This document shows positions 24,834 through 38,343 of a stretch of DNA of 64,000 nt, piece by piece. The notes beneath the pieces are model-generated. The model saw only the letters and a program-made list of their open reading frames with translations, ran no database searches and was not told the origin of the DNA. The position numbers and the translations under genes were made by a program. Origin of the DNA: Toensbergia leucococca (Eukaryota); NCBI GenBank assembly GCA_022813965.1, contig JALDZS010000019.1:1-64000 (forward strand), read 5' to 3'. Numbering within the stretch: position 1 is the first letter of the stretch; every line of letters begins with the position of its first letter.

Positions 24834-25426
24834 GGTGGAATTTGTTGATTGTAAGGTTGGTTATGCAACGAAGCAAGAGTGGTGAGCAACGGATAGGAAA
24901 TATCAAGTGATGGAAGTGTTTAGAAATGTGGATGTGAGAGGATTGTATTGTGTAGTGGAAGAGAGAAGAGGAAAGCTTCAGTGAAGTAAATAAACGTGAA
25001 TTTATGGAGGGGCATTACCGCATTCACGGTTGTCGGTAACTCACTTCCTACGCAATTGAATGACCGACCCCTCGCGCTCACGGTACAGAGCAGGAACGAC
25101 CAAAGTCTGGCCACAATGGACATGATCAGGATTGTCGTCATCATCTGTGTGTCACAACCATTTCAAGATTTCAGCACGAAATTGTGTACGTCAAGCGCGT
25201 GCATCTGAAGTATTACCAACGCTATCAAAGCTTATGGTGCCCAATCAGTCCACCCATTGAGGGGCACATCCCGATACCAAGCATTCTTGGGCGATGGACC
25301 CGTGCCTGGAAGCAGCCTTAGCCTAGACAAAGATACAAACTTGGTACCCTACTGATACCGGAATGAATTGAAACACCGTTTTCATGGTTATTACACAGGG
25401 CGCGTTAGTAACATGGCCTCCCTATT

Positions 25427-26311
25427 TGCCAGGGCAAGGATCAGGAAATCGAGGAGTTGGAAGACCGAGGACCTCGGGGACATGTGCTTGGAATTCGGTA
25501 ATTCAGACTTCGCACATGTACGCTAGATTACGTAATAATAGCTAGTTAAGTAGTCAGTTTTTAGCTTAGAAATCTATCTTCTTTTCACCTCATGTTTTTC
25601 AAGGACAAGACCTTTAGTAAATAAATAGAAAGATCTCATAAGTTGACTACAATTCTTGATTATATTATTGATAACTAGGATTCTTGACTACATTATTAAA
25701 TCTATAAACTAATAGTGTCTTTTTAAAGATCATGCTTAGATATTAAATGAGACTGATTAAAATATTTAGAAGTCATTGTTATCTGCTAGTTTAACCTAAA
25801 TTCCTCTGTTATTAGAAATTATCTCTTTATCATAATTTAGAAAAGTTTACAATCAACTTCAATGATCTTTCTTATGTTAATAAGACATTTATCACGAATG
25901 ATTACCCTTTAACTTTTACTCTCTTGACTATTAAGTTTTCTTAAATATCATAAATTTATGAATATTCACATGAAATGATTTATAATGAGTTATGAATACT
26001 TGAGGTGAGGATGTGTCAGGGCAAGGATCAGGAAATTGAGGAGTTAAAAGACTAAGGACCTCAGGGGCATGTGCTTGAAATTCAGTAATTCAGACTTCAC
26101 ACATGTACGTTAAATTATATAATGATAGCTAGTTAAGTAGTCAGTTTTTAGCTCAGAAATCCATCATCTTTTCACCTCATGTTTTTTGAGGACAAGACCT
26201 TTAGTTGGTAGATAGAAAGATCCCATAAGTTGACTACGATTCTTGATTATATTATCGACGACTACGATTCTTGACTACATTATCAAACCTACGGACCGAT
26301 AGCGTCTTTCT
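25427..26311 (+). mobile_element. TRIM-like miniature LTR retrotransposon (298-bp LTRs, 289-bp internal region)
   Basis: Direct repeats 25427-25724 and 26014-26311, exact 5-bp TSD CTATT (25422-25426 and 26312-26316), purine tract TTGAGGTGAGGATG before the 3' LTR. LTR differences are mostly C>T/G>A. Confidence 0.9.
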
Positions 26312-26822
26312 CTATTGGAGCGGCTCCGTGTTCGGGAGTAGCGCCGCCTTGAATGTAATAATAGTACGGTAATTGTATGTATCAATCGCCGCACTATAGA
26401 AGTGCGGTATTCTCAAATTCTTACCTACTGCATAGTCGATATCCCATGCTGATTACACATGTAATCAGCCGATCCAGATATTTATCAACGTGGCGGTGGC
26501 TTGAAAGCGCATGGTTGAGGTGAGGTCATTGATCTGAATTGACATGTTCTAAGTAACATCAGCATGCATACCTGCTGTTTCAATTAGTAGTCTTAGTAGC
26601 GTTGTGAACCTTTCCTCTTCAAAAACATAAGGTAATAGTGGCGTATGGAGATACCTAGGTCTACTCGTAGTTGTACGGATTGAGAATCCTGTTTATCCGT
26701 AGCGGCAAACACCCATTCCCCATTGAAGATTCCCGTTCAAGGTAATCATTTGATATTCAATACTCTATCTAAATACACCGCCCTTAACCAATTCCTAAAA
26801 CTATTGACATCGCATTTTTGCC

Positions 26823-28665
26823 ATGGGTATCAAGAAGCTGTTTCACCGGAATAGAGATGATTCCCCTCAACAGTCGCCCAATAATTCACCTGGCTCTCCT
26901 GGAACCAGCGGGGATCCAGCGCTACGCACCTCTCTCTACCAGTCTGCAAGCCCTGGGGGACTACCTCAGACAGGAGATTATCCCATGAAGGGGAATAGCA
27001 ACACTCAAACCTCGCCGTCTCCAGGAAATCGAATTCGAAAATATCCAAATGCGAACACCAACCAGCAGAATTTTCCTTCGAATGCCCCTCAACCTGACCT
27101 TTCAGCAGCAAGTTCAGCTCGTCCCACCGCAATTAACAGGAATGATATTGCGCCGACTGAACCCAACAATGTCGTTCCACCGGATATGGGCTCGACAGTA
27201 CGAGCAGTCGACGAGGGACGGGACAGGAATATCGAGGAACCGTTGTCAAAGGGGTTTTCTGCATTAAGTGTTGGTGATGAAGACAGTAAGTCTTTATATT
27301 TGCCTTTGATTCGACTAGGTAGAACACTGACGGGCAACAGCTCCACGTTCATGGGCAAAACCCCATGGACCTCGCTACCCCACGAAAGCGCCTGGCCAAC
27401 CTACGTACGATCAGAATGTCCATGTCCAAAATACCGCAGGCATTAGTAGAGCGGATATGAAGGACCCACAATTCTCTTATATGTCCGCAATGTATGGGGA
27501 TGACACCAAGAATCGTAATCCGGGAGACCGCCAAGTTGGTACCATGGGTTCAGCAAGGAGTGCTCAGGAGTCTCTCCAAAGGGATCCCGGTTTCTATCAA
27601 ACAGGGCACGATGGTAGGACCGTAAGGCACAATGATGGTATTCTGGAACGTCGGAATAATGCTTCTTCTCATACCCCTGCAGCTGAATATGACCCTCTAA
27701 ATCGTCAAGCGCAGGGTGATAAAGACTTGGCAAGGAAACCGTCGATACCAAGAAAGCAGGTCGGAAGCTCTATAGGATCTTCTCCCAGCATGCAATCATC
27801 ATTACCCTCACACTCAATTCCCTCCCACTCCCCGCATAGCAGCTTACAGAAGCCTTTACCATCAAATCCACCCCGTGATTCTAGTGTCAAATACGGAGCT
27901 TACGAAGGCGAAGAGGACTATAGTTCACCTACCAATCTCAATGGTCAAAGTCGTGCGTCCAGCGATCTAGTAAGTACAAATCCTACTCCTGAAGATGTAC
28001 TGGATAGAGCGAAGAGCAACACTGTGAAAACTGAAGTGGTAGAGTCGATTGCTCCAGGTAAGCTAAATTTAAACCCAATTTTTCTCTCTAGACCGACTCT
28101 GATGTACCGTAAAGCTGTCGTTCACGAGACTGTCCATCAGGAGATTCATCATGTGCGGGAGGAAGTCATTACACGTGAGATACATAACCACGAAGTCTAC
28201 CATCGAATACTGCCTGTAATAGACGTCGAAGTCCTCCCGCCGCGACATTTCCTGCCAGTCGAAGGTGGGGGCCTTGTGGAGATTTCTGCAGATGAGGTGC
28301 CTAGTCGCGGCAAGAGCTGGGTAATTGCAGAGACAGCGTCTAAGATTCCATCCGACGAATTAGCCTCAAAGATGGCTACCCGATTCTCTGCGCGCGAATT
28401 CCACGGGATTGAGGGTGATGCAAAACAGTATATGACCCCGGAAGGATACGAGAGGACCGAGCAGACTTGGGTCCACGCTCCACAATTGGAGACTGGCGGA
28501 CGTGATACTGGTCAGACCTGGCCGATGGAATTTGACCATGCTCCACCTCACCAGAAAAACCCGTCTTCGCCTTCAAAGGTTCCCAAGCGAAAGAGTTCCA
28601 AGAAACATGGCATGGTCCAGCCCACTTCAGCACAGAGGACACCGGGCGTCGGAAATAATTATTGA
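26823..28665 (+). CDS. Low-complexity protein with a His-rich 'allergen'-type domain (3 exons)
   Basis: Introns at about 27286-27340 and 28058-28114 join the ORFs. Contains IAP|AVVHETVHQEIHHVREEVITREIHNHEVYHRILPVIDVEVLPPRHF. Confidence 0.8.
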
Positions 28666-29478
28666 TAGCTCATCAGCTTGTGCCTAGTGACTAGCTGCTC
28701 CTTTCTTTTCCTCCACTGAAAAGACAAAAGTGAACATTCCTGACTGCGTGCTTTCTTAGCGAGGCGCTTCCGGATTCTGAACGCTGAAGTATGAATTCTG
28801 GCTTCTTTGTACCATAACCATTATTGCCCTAAAGTAAATAAATCCGAAGCTCTTAAATTATAAAGTACGAATGTGTTCATTCCAATTCTGATAGTTGATG
28901 CTCTTCGTGGGCTGAATGGGCTGTTCTCTCCAACTCTCAGAGGCTACCAACCAAGCCAATACACTAACTCTTCTTTTTGATACATTGACACCTGCCTTTT
29001 CCGCAGCTCTACTGGGAGGTAATATCAGACAGAGAACATCACAATCAAAATTCCATAGCGACCTGGCTTCTTCACCTTTGTTGTATGTCATCTATTGTGT
29101 TTATTGCATTAATGATCAATACAATTTGCATGTCAACAATAGTTATCACAGACTTTCTCTCTCTGTTTCTGTTCATCCCAAATTTTCTTCAGGCTCAATT
29201 CAAATCCTAGAACAGAAAAACGTGTTTCTTTTGGGATCGAACCGGTAAACCATGTTTTCTTCAGGGGCACAGGGAGGGTATCAATGTATTGAAAAGGGGT
29301 GTCCGCGTATTGGTAACCCTTTTAAATGGTATTGTTTCCCATTTGATGCAGTAAAATTCTGGAGGTACTACATTTTGCCTCTCAACACCTGTAATGCGCT
29401 TGGAAGCGAGCTAAAGCGAGCTAGGTATGCTCGAGCCACGGCTCACATATCACTGGCTAACGAAAAATAAATATAATG

Positions 29479-30785
29479 CTAAGTGGACCTTGACGTCACA
29501 GTTGCTGCGGATACCTCCTCGTCTTTGGGTAGAATATCAGGGACTGGGCCAACAGGTGTAATACTCTGCACCGAAACATACCAGATTAGCTATCAAATAT
29601 ACAGAGAAATCTTCTGTTCAAGCGGAAAATCAACTCGGAAGGAAGACTTACATGCGGATTAATTTGCCGATGACTTTTCGTGTAATGTTTCTTGATATGC
29701 TCAAATTGTGTCGTGCTACCGAACGCTTCAACGTCCCAGTACAGCTTCCTCATCCATTTGTGCATTGCGGGATACCCGGATCGAATGTCCCGAATGTTGC
29801 ATTTGAAGTGCTGCACGTAGACAGGGTCGAAGCGGATGATTGTAGTGTAGAGACGTATATCCGCTTCGGTGATGTGCTCGCCAAAGTAGTAGGTGGAGGC
29901 ATTCTTGGAGAGATGGGCTTCGACTCGGTCGAGAGCCTTAAAAAGGGGCTGGACGTTCTTTTCGTAGGCGTCTTGTGTCCTGTGAGTTGGTTAATTGCGT
30001 AGATTTGAGACAACCAAGACGGGGAAGCAATACGTAGCAAATCCAGACTTGTAAACACCATTGTTGATATCGTTGTAAGTCCATTCGTTCGTCTCTTCTA
30101 TTTGCTTCTCAAGGGACTGCGGATACAAATCCACGTTTCTGAAATTTTCCGGCAACAAGTCATCGAACTCGGAGTAGAGCATGCGAAGGATTTCACTGGA
30201 CTCATTACTGACGATCTTCCCTTGCTTGACATCGTACAGGGTTGGTACAGTAAAGCGACCTTTGTACTCAGGATCGACTTTGAAGTATATGTCTCGCAGG
30301 TGGGTGAAGTCCTTGTGGACTGGATCCGGTCTTACATTGTCGCCCGGGAGCTTCTCGTCAGCAGTGACAAAACGCCAGCCTGATGGACAGTTAGTAAGGA
30401 CGATCATAGAGGCTAGATTCACTTTCCCTTCTCAAGCATGTGCCAGTGGACTGATGTATAAGGGATGAACTCTTCGAGACCCTTCAGCTTGCGGGCGATG
30501 AGCGTTCGATGAGCTGCACCGAAATCAGTAACAGGCTTTAATTCACTGGGTCCAGAGTGATGGACGGACCCCATGGACAAGCATAAGAGACGTAAAGATG
30601 ATAGCGGCCCTTTTCTGGAGGGAATTCGGCGCCGGGCTCTTTGGAGATAAAGTTTCGAAAAGCAGACTGCCCTCTCTTGAACTCTCCACTCTTATCTGCC
30701 CAATTCGTGATACTCTGGCCACTGCTTGTCTAACTTCATGTCAATCTTGGGTCTAGAGAATTAATTGGGAAATTCATACAGCCAT
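29479..30785 (-). CDS. ECM4: Glutathionyl-hydroquinone reductase / omega-like GST (Ecm4/Gto family), multi-exon
   Basis: GEFKR.QSAFRNFIS, GRYHLYVSYACPW|AHRTLI, RFTVPTLYD, IVSNESSEI, YNDINNGVYKSGFA, HFKCN, HIKKHYTKSH. Confidence 0.9.
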
Positions 30786-31215
30786 GATAGATGCCGAAGT
30801 ACTTGCTCTCTCTGTGGTTTTGCTAGTGCGAAGATGGATCTTAAATAAGACAGTCCTATGGATAATGCTATTCATGTATTTAGGGGAACACAGTTTATAT
30901 ATATATACACATCATACATATATCAATCGTGCATATGTCTGATTTTGCCACCTATATTGGCTGACAAAGGGGCTAGGTAGGAACCTCCGGCCTCGGTGGC
31001 GTCGGCTTGGGCTTCGGCTTTGAGCACATGGCATTCTTGGCTTGGAGATGTACTTCTAGATTTGCCATCCGAAATTGCTGATCAAGCAGAGTGGAGAGTG
31101 GTAATGTGATCGGCTTCTATCTAAGAGTATGGTTACACACACGCTTGCTTTGCTATGCTTCACCCTAGCCTGGAAAAGCCTGATACCAATATCCCAGAAC
31201 GATCCAATAGAAAAT

Positions 31216-34200
31216 TTACTTTGACAGTTTGAGCATGATGTATGGGACTTCGACGTCGTTTAGGCTTTGATCCTCACAAGTACACTTGGAGTATCTTAGT
31301 CAGCGCCAGGTTTCTATTGGAAGATAGTCACCGTAGAAACTCACCTCGAAAATAACATTCTTCTGGTGGTCAGGTATGGGTTTCTTGCTGATGGTCTCCA
31401 CAAGCTCACTCAACCTGCAAAAGACATGAGCGAAGTCATCACCACAACATATCCAATTGGCTTACTTAAGACCCAACCTATCCCTCAATTTATTCGCGGG
31501 GTAGAAACTGGCATAGAGTAAACTGACCCCAGAGCTGAGCATCATGATATCTAGACCCTTGTTGCTGAAGTCGTCTAGAAATGCTTGCAGAGTTATGTCC
31601 TCTACTTCGAACCGATCCCACAGCCTGTCAATTGTGACCTCACCAGTCTTGCTCAAGTATTTGCCTTTGGGACTTGCTATTGGCTCGCTGAATCCAAAGA
31701 AGGGTAAAGCAAGGTTGACGAAACCATTCTTATACTGTTCCAGGTCATCCTTACCGTCAATGATTTTGTAAAGTTCCATGACGACCAGGCCGGTGACCAA
31801 CGCCGTCGTTGTTGCGATGGCTGGGATAATTTTGCCAGCAATAAACTTGGTCTTGTGTCTGTCAGCCTGTGCAATGGCATAATTTTCAGCGCGCAAGTTG
31901 CTTGCGGCAGTAATGAAATCGATGTGGTAATTCGAGTCGTCGTCTTTCTCAAATTCAACAGGCTCAAGCTTGAACCCTGGAAGAGACTTTGGCGAGGGTA
32001 GCATTGACACGATTTGCTGTAGTTCGTCGTTGTCATCGAAATTAGAGCCTGCAGGCTGGGCGTTTGGGTCCGGTTCATTATCGTCAGCTTGAATCTTGAC
32101 CGTAGGATTTGGAGAGAATTCTGGGATGATCATATGGTCCATGACCTTTTTGTAATGGTCCTCATAGATGCCACTGCTGCTCTTGATCCCGTAGTTGAAT
32201 GCATGTAGATTTGCTGCGGCTATGACAAAGCCAAGATGGGTCGGATTGCTAGCGCTGAATTTTAGGGCGTCTGGAGCACGTTTTGGGCCAGACCAGAAAG
32301 GGGCGCCACTTGATGTTGTGGAATCCTTTGGAAAATTGTAAAGTAGCTGCTGGATGGCATTGTTGTATTCCTTCTCAAATTGTTCCCTCGCCCACACGAT
32401 ACAATCATCGAAGGTCAAAGGCTTCTCCGTGACGAGAAAGTCTCGGATGCTCTGTAAGGTAGGTATCTCATTGCCAGACTGTTTCAGGGTGTGCTCGATG
32501 TATTTAGGTTGTGTAAGATATAGATTGACAGTCTCTGGGGGGCCCACGAAGTATTGATGAAATCGTTCCTTGGCCCAGGCGATTGTATGTTCAATTTTAT
32601 TTGGGAAACTTCGCAATGTACACTGAGGGAAAGACTGCTCGGGTGGATCTTGGGAGCTTGAATAGGATTCGGTCAGATGTGGCAGGACAATTTGTGTATT
32701 GCCTTTGGTGCCAAGTGTTCCACTGTCAAGTAGCGGTTTGCGGAAGAAGACGCATCGACGATCGACGTACTGTCTCGCATCGACATTGTCTAGGGCATTA
32801 GTGACCCCATCGAGTTCTTCCCAGAAATTTTCGTTGAATACATGCTCGGTTTCCGGTCCTACTCTATCCCTAAAAATCGCAATCTTCCCTTTGAGATCTG
32901 GATTCATCGCCTGGACAGCCTCAGCGGCGCACTCGCTCTTCAATCTCCCCACGTCTTTCGGTCGGAACAGAAATTGTCTGTTGAGATTACTCCTCTCGAT
33001 CTGATCCATGTCAGCAACACTTATTTTGCCTCTCGGGCCTGTTGCTAGGCCGATCATAGCCCAACTCTTTAGCATTTCACACCCAATCGCGCCTGCACCG
33101 ACCAGAAATTGTTTGACATTAGCAAGCTTGTCTTGAAACTCCTTCCCGAAGACCGCAATCTGGCCGTCGTATCGAGTGTTCAATGGCTTACATAGTTCTT
33201 CGGACCGTGTGACAGATATAGGTAATGATTCCAGGGAGTCAAAATATAACCACTGTACTATTGGGTGAAATTTGCCAGAAACGGACTTCAAGACTTCTTG
33301 TGCAGCTAACCCACCGAAGAAAGCGGCCATAGGACTAAGGTCACCTCGAGCTTGATAACTCAACTCACGTAGCAGCTTTTCGTCAAGTTCAATCTTTTCA
33401 TCTCCTTCGCCGGTCAAGGACTTAGCGCAATTCAATATTTCTGATGCATCTTCGTCATTGTATGGCCGCGGAAGCTTTCCATCATGATGGCTGGCAAAAT
33501 TGTGCAGGGCCTGGAAACCGATGTGCAGTTGTTGAGGGCGATCAAATTTGGCATAATCAGAAATAAGGAGCTCTGGTTTCTTAAGCTGCTTGGATAGTGG
33601 CTGAAAGTTGATGGATTTAGGCATTTTGACCTGCGTGTAAAGCCCTCCGCGCTTGTACTGGCCTAAATTGGATACGTCTCCTATTGAAAATGTGTACGGG
33701 CCTTTTACTGTGATTTTGCGAGGCTCCGAACCATTCAATTCTTCCATGCCTTGTAGTTCTGAGAAAGTCACGTAGTCGCCGTCTTCGAGACCATGCCGTG
33801 TCTCATCGAGTGCAGATACTAACCCATCGGAATCTATGCCAGCGACGATACCGGCCACGGGAGTCTCACCTGTGGCATCTATGACAGAGAAGTTCTTGCC
33901 ATAGTCGGTAAAAATGGATCCAAATAGCCCAAAAATATCAGTAACAACAAGGAAAATACCGTTCTCATGGCAATATTCGGATATGGTAAGTTGGTCCTTA
34001 AGTGGCGTGCAGGTTAGTACGACAACTTGATATCGACGGAGCTGAGCCAGATCTGCCGTGAGATTTTCAGATGGGTGTACAGAGACTGGGGTGTAGGGGT
34101 TCAGCTCCGCAACTCTGGGAGCAGTAACGGTAGCTCGTGGTTTGCCAACATCGTCTGGGTGTAGAAAAAATTGCGAGGATAAGTCGGAGATAGCGGTTGG

Positions 34201-34682
34201 CTTAGGGTCGAAGAGGGTCAAAGATTTGACACCAGCCAGTGCAATGTTCTTGGCTGTTTATGAGCTATTTAGCACTTGTAGTAGTATGACTGTTAGAACA
34301 GTACCTACCTATCTCCGCTCCGAGACCTCTCAGGCCAGCAATGAGGACATGGGATGAGCTCATGCGCTTCATTGCTTCATGGCCAAGCACGTAGAGCTGC
34401 CGACTGTATAACGATTCGTCGATGTCGCCATTTTTAAGCTGCCCAGCCACGGGAGCTGGGCTATCGACTTCCATATTGCCGTCCTGGACAGGGGAGTTAT
34501 TAGCACTATGAAAACTTGAAGTGAGGGATGGCGATGTTGAAGGATCTACAATAAAGTACTCTGGTGGAAACATAGTGTAATCCATATCGGGGTGGGAAAG
34601 GGGCTTTAAGAGACTTGGAAGATGGCCTTTTATAACAGCTCGGGTCGGCATGACTGATCTGGGCAGATTCACTCACAGTCAT
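31216..34682 (-). CDS. UBA1: Ubiquitin-activating enzyme E1 (multi-exon)
   Basis: [33 protein letters not shown], catalytic [31 protein letters not shown], terminal DVEVPY. First AUG (MT|intron) at 34682. Confidence 0.96.
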
Positions 34683-35406
34683 GACCTTCTTCTCTGGGCG
34701 GATGTATTCGTCAGACGCCTTTCTCTTAGGCAGCCTGGCCACCTCCGGAAGGTCGGCGTGAGAGTGAATGTTGGATGACTATGAAGGTGCTCGCAGGCGT
34801 GAAAGCCGAAAGGACGGTGTAACAAGAGCCGTAATGTGAAGTATCTGGAAGGCTGCAAGATATCAGCCAGACTGTGGGATGTTGGAGAGTTGATATGATG
34901 TGAGTGTTGTAAAGATCTAGCGCTCACTTTGCCCTTAGTCCAGCTTTGATTACTGAATGACTGCAGTAGCGCTTCATCCGAATGTCATCACTTTCTTTGG
35001 CAAGAGAAGAAAGATCGTTGGCTATCCGTAAAGACTTACCTTGGTGCCTGTTGGCGGGGCTGCAGCTACAAGGATCCTCTAACCGGCGCCACACCCACGC
35101 AGGAGCTTCAAGCTTCCATGGCATAGGTAAGGCAGGTACAACTAACTCGTGCCTTGTAGGTAGGTAGGGGTGAGAGCTGCCCACCGCAAAACCGCCTATG
35201 AGTGTTTCGGATCGGCTCACTGTCCAACATATATACGAACCCAACTGAGGTCAATATACCAGATGCCCTTTAAGGTCACCCATATTCTATATCATTGTTA
35301 CTACGACTACCAACCGTCTACCTCCTGCTTCCGCTGATATCTGAAGAGAAGGTCGCAAGCTACTTAAGGCTTTTCAAGGCTCTGTTTACCACAGCAATTG
35401 GGCATC

Positions 35407-37158
35407 ATGATTCTGTCTGTGATGGCACTCGTGCCGCTCTTCCTGGGATTTTCTTCTGCTTCGGGAGATCATAAACCTATGGGAAAGCAGGCGCTTGAAC
35501 AAAATATCCTGGGATCTGGTATTGATCCTGAGAAATATAAGCCAGCTTGTCCAGACTATCTCCACTATTCTGTCGTTCCACAGTATGTTGGAGACCTTTT
35601 TCCGGACAATAAAACTTCATTCACGCTGATACAGACACCAGCCGGCCCTTGAGTTCAGGACCATTGTCATTACCATACCAACGCCCTTCCCCGCACTGCA
35701 GGACGTTCTTCTCTCCCCTGGTAGAAACCGTAATTGAAAATATCACAGCCCAGATGAAGGACAAGGATCTTGCTCGACTCTTTGAGAACGCCTTTCCAAA
35801 CACCCTTGATACTACGGTCAGATGGCATGATGATGGTGTCTCGAAGAGATCAAAGGGGCAATGGGCTGGTGCTCAAAGTTTCATCGTGACTGGGGACATC
35901 AATGCTGAATGGCTAAGAGACTCTACCAACCAACTGGCGCAATATCAGGCATTGGCACCAAAAGACAAGAAACTTGAAAATCTCATACTTGGCGCTATCA
36001 ATACGCAAGTCGAATTCGTGATCGAGTCTCCCTATTGTAATGCCTTTCAGCCTCCTCCTCCGAGCAATGTGCCACCTGATTCCAACGGGCAAGAAGACAT
36101 GGTCCATCCAGCCTATGAGCCGTGGAAAGTCTTCGAGTGCAAGTACGAACTTGATTCTTTAGCTCATTTCCTTGCATTGGGAAATCAATTCCATAATAAT
36201 ACAGGCTCAAAAGCTTTTCTAACTCCTAGATGGTATACTGCTATAGAAACCATGCTAGAAGTTCTATCCGAGCAGGCCAAACCCACCTTCAATTCGTCCA
36301 CTGGAAGATACAATAAAAATGAGTACACTTTTATGAGGAGGACAACTGTGGGGACAGAGACATTGAGCCTCGCCGGCGTTGGTAACCCTCTGAACGGCGG
36401 TACAGGGCTTGTTCGTAGTGCTTTCCGACCTAGCGATGACGCGACAATTCTTGGTTTTTTCATTCCCGCAAACGCAATGATGTCTGTTGAGCTCATGCGA
36501 ACGAGCCAGGTAATCAAGTCTACTGGGAAGAAAGATGATCTCGCGAATAAGCTGCTAACGTGGGCGATGGATATGGAAAAGGGTATCTGGAGCCATGGGG
36601 TGATCAATCACAAAACATATGGTGACGTTTTTGCCTTCGAAGTTGATGGCTACGGATCAAGTATCATAATGGACGATGCCAATTTGCCCTCCTTGCTGGC
36701 GCTTCCACTAATGGGCTTCGTTGATGCCAACAACGACGTGTATCAAAACACGAGACGGATGATACTGGACAAAGCTGGAAATCCATATTACCTTACTGGT
36801 AGGGACTTTGCAGGCATTGGAGGCCCTCATATTGGATTGAAGAACGCTTGGCCTATGAGCAGGCTTGTGCAGGCGATGACGAGCAGCGACGACCAAGAAA
36901 TCAAGGATGCTTTGCAGGCAGTCGTGAATTCCAGTAAACTTGGCCTCGTGCACGAAAGTATCAATGTCGAGCGGATCGCCGACTACTCGCGTAAGACTGT
37001 TAAACCACTCTTGGGTCTATTACAAGTTGGCTGACTTTGTCATAGGAAGCTGGTTTGCGTGGGCCAATTCCATGTTCGCTCAAACCATCCTTAATGTAGC
37101 CGCGCGAAAGCCGCATCTCTTATTCGGGGACGATGCACCGCCGTACATAATAGATTAA
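35407..37158 (+). CDS. Secreted glycoside hydrolase family 125 (exo-alpha-1,6-mannosidase-like), 3 exons
   Basis: Signal peptide, LFENAFPNTLDTT, TGDINAEWLRDS, ECKYELDSL, FRPSDDA, MDDANLPSLL, GGPH, WPM, HES, R|SWFAWANS. Confidence 0.9.
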
Positions 37159-37385
37159 CACTGAGTAGACATCGCCGGAACTCATACTGCATTTAGCGGG
37201 CATTGGTAGAGGCGTTATTTCTAAGGAACGGGCGGAATTAAGTTTTCAGGGCCACTATGATACCTCACTAGACTTGCAAAGGGATCTAGAGTTTATCTGC
37301 TCCCTCTTCCTCGGACTCTGCTCGATAACCAAGCACAATCAATATCCAGAGAAATGAGAAAATCATTATTTTTCTTGTTGAGATG

Positions 37386-38120
37386 CTACGGGCTTAATCT
37401 CTCAATAATCCACCCACTCTCACTTCCTCCATCCCTCACATACCTAAAACGATCATGCAACCTACTCTCCCTTCCTTGCCAAAACTCCACCATCTCCGGC
37501 AGCACCCTCAAGCCTCCCCAAAAATCTGGAACCGGAATATCTTCCTTCCCCTCAAATCTCCTCTCCACATCCTTCACTCTCTCCTCCAACACCTTCCTCT
37601 CCCCCTCCTCCTCTCTCAAAACCTTACTCTGCTCGCTCGCCCACGCCCCAACCCTACTCCCTCTCGCTCTCAAATCATAATAAGCCTGACTCTCGCCCTC
37701 CGTCAACCTTTCCACCTTCCCCTCAACCCTGACCTGCCTCTCCACTTCATGCCACCAGAAAGCCAAGCTAGCGCGCGGGTTACTCCTCACGTCTTCGGCC
37801 TTGCGGCTTGTAGCCCAATTGCTGTAGATTACAAAGCCCCTCTCGTCTAGCTCTTTGAGGTAAACGTAGCGCGAGGAGACGGATCCCGAGGGGAGCGAAG
37901 CCGTAGAGAAACACACTGTTTCGGGCTGGTGGACGGCGCTGGATTGGGCATGGGTGAACCAGGTGTTGAATTGAGAGAAGGGATTGGGGTGTAATTGGTG
38001 CCGATGTAGGGAGCCTTTGGTGTATTGGTCGGCTTGGGCGGAGTTGCGGTCACCGGCTGGGGCGACTGGTCTCGAGTTAGCAGGAGAATGGAACATTGAG
38101 GGAAGAGGAAGAGATATCAT
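37386..38120 (-). CDS. PDX3: Pyridoxamine/pyridoxine 5'-phosphate oxidase (start approximate)
   Basis: PFSQFNTWF, SRYVYLKE, SRKA, RQVRVEG, GAWASEQS, WGG, EFWQGRESRLHDR, C-terminal ERLSP. Confidence 0.92.
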   Translation of the reverse strand: MISLPLPSMFHSPANSRPVAPAGDRNSAQADQYTKGSLHRHQLHPNPFSQFNTWFTHAQSSAVHQPETVCFSTASLPSGSVSSRYVYLKELDERGFVIYSNWATSRKAEDVRSNPRASLAFWWHEVERQVRVEGKVERLTEGESQAYYDLRARGSRVGAWASEQSKVLREEEGERKVLEERVKDVERRFEGKEDIPVPDFWGGLRVLPEMVEFWQGRESRLHDRFRYVRDGGSESGWIIERLSP

Positions 38121-38343
38121 ATGGGGGTGGATTATGTTTACATATTAGTTTTGAGGAATTGTGGAGGGCCATGGGAGCGATGTGGATAGATCGAACGGTT
38201 GATGGGCGCATGGAAGATGGATGAGGGACAGGTAGGCCTCTAGATGATCATGCTTGCACCTGGTTGGAATCTATCGAAATCTCATGCATTGATATTCAAG
38301 CTCAAACATGACTAGACTCTAGATTGGTGGCGATGTATATTTA

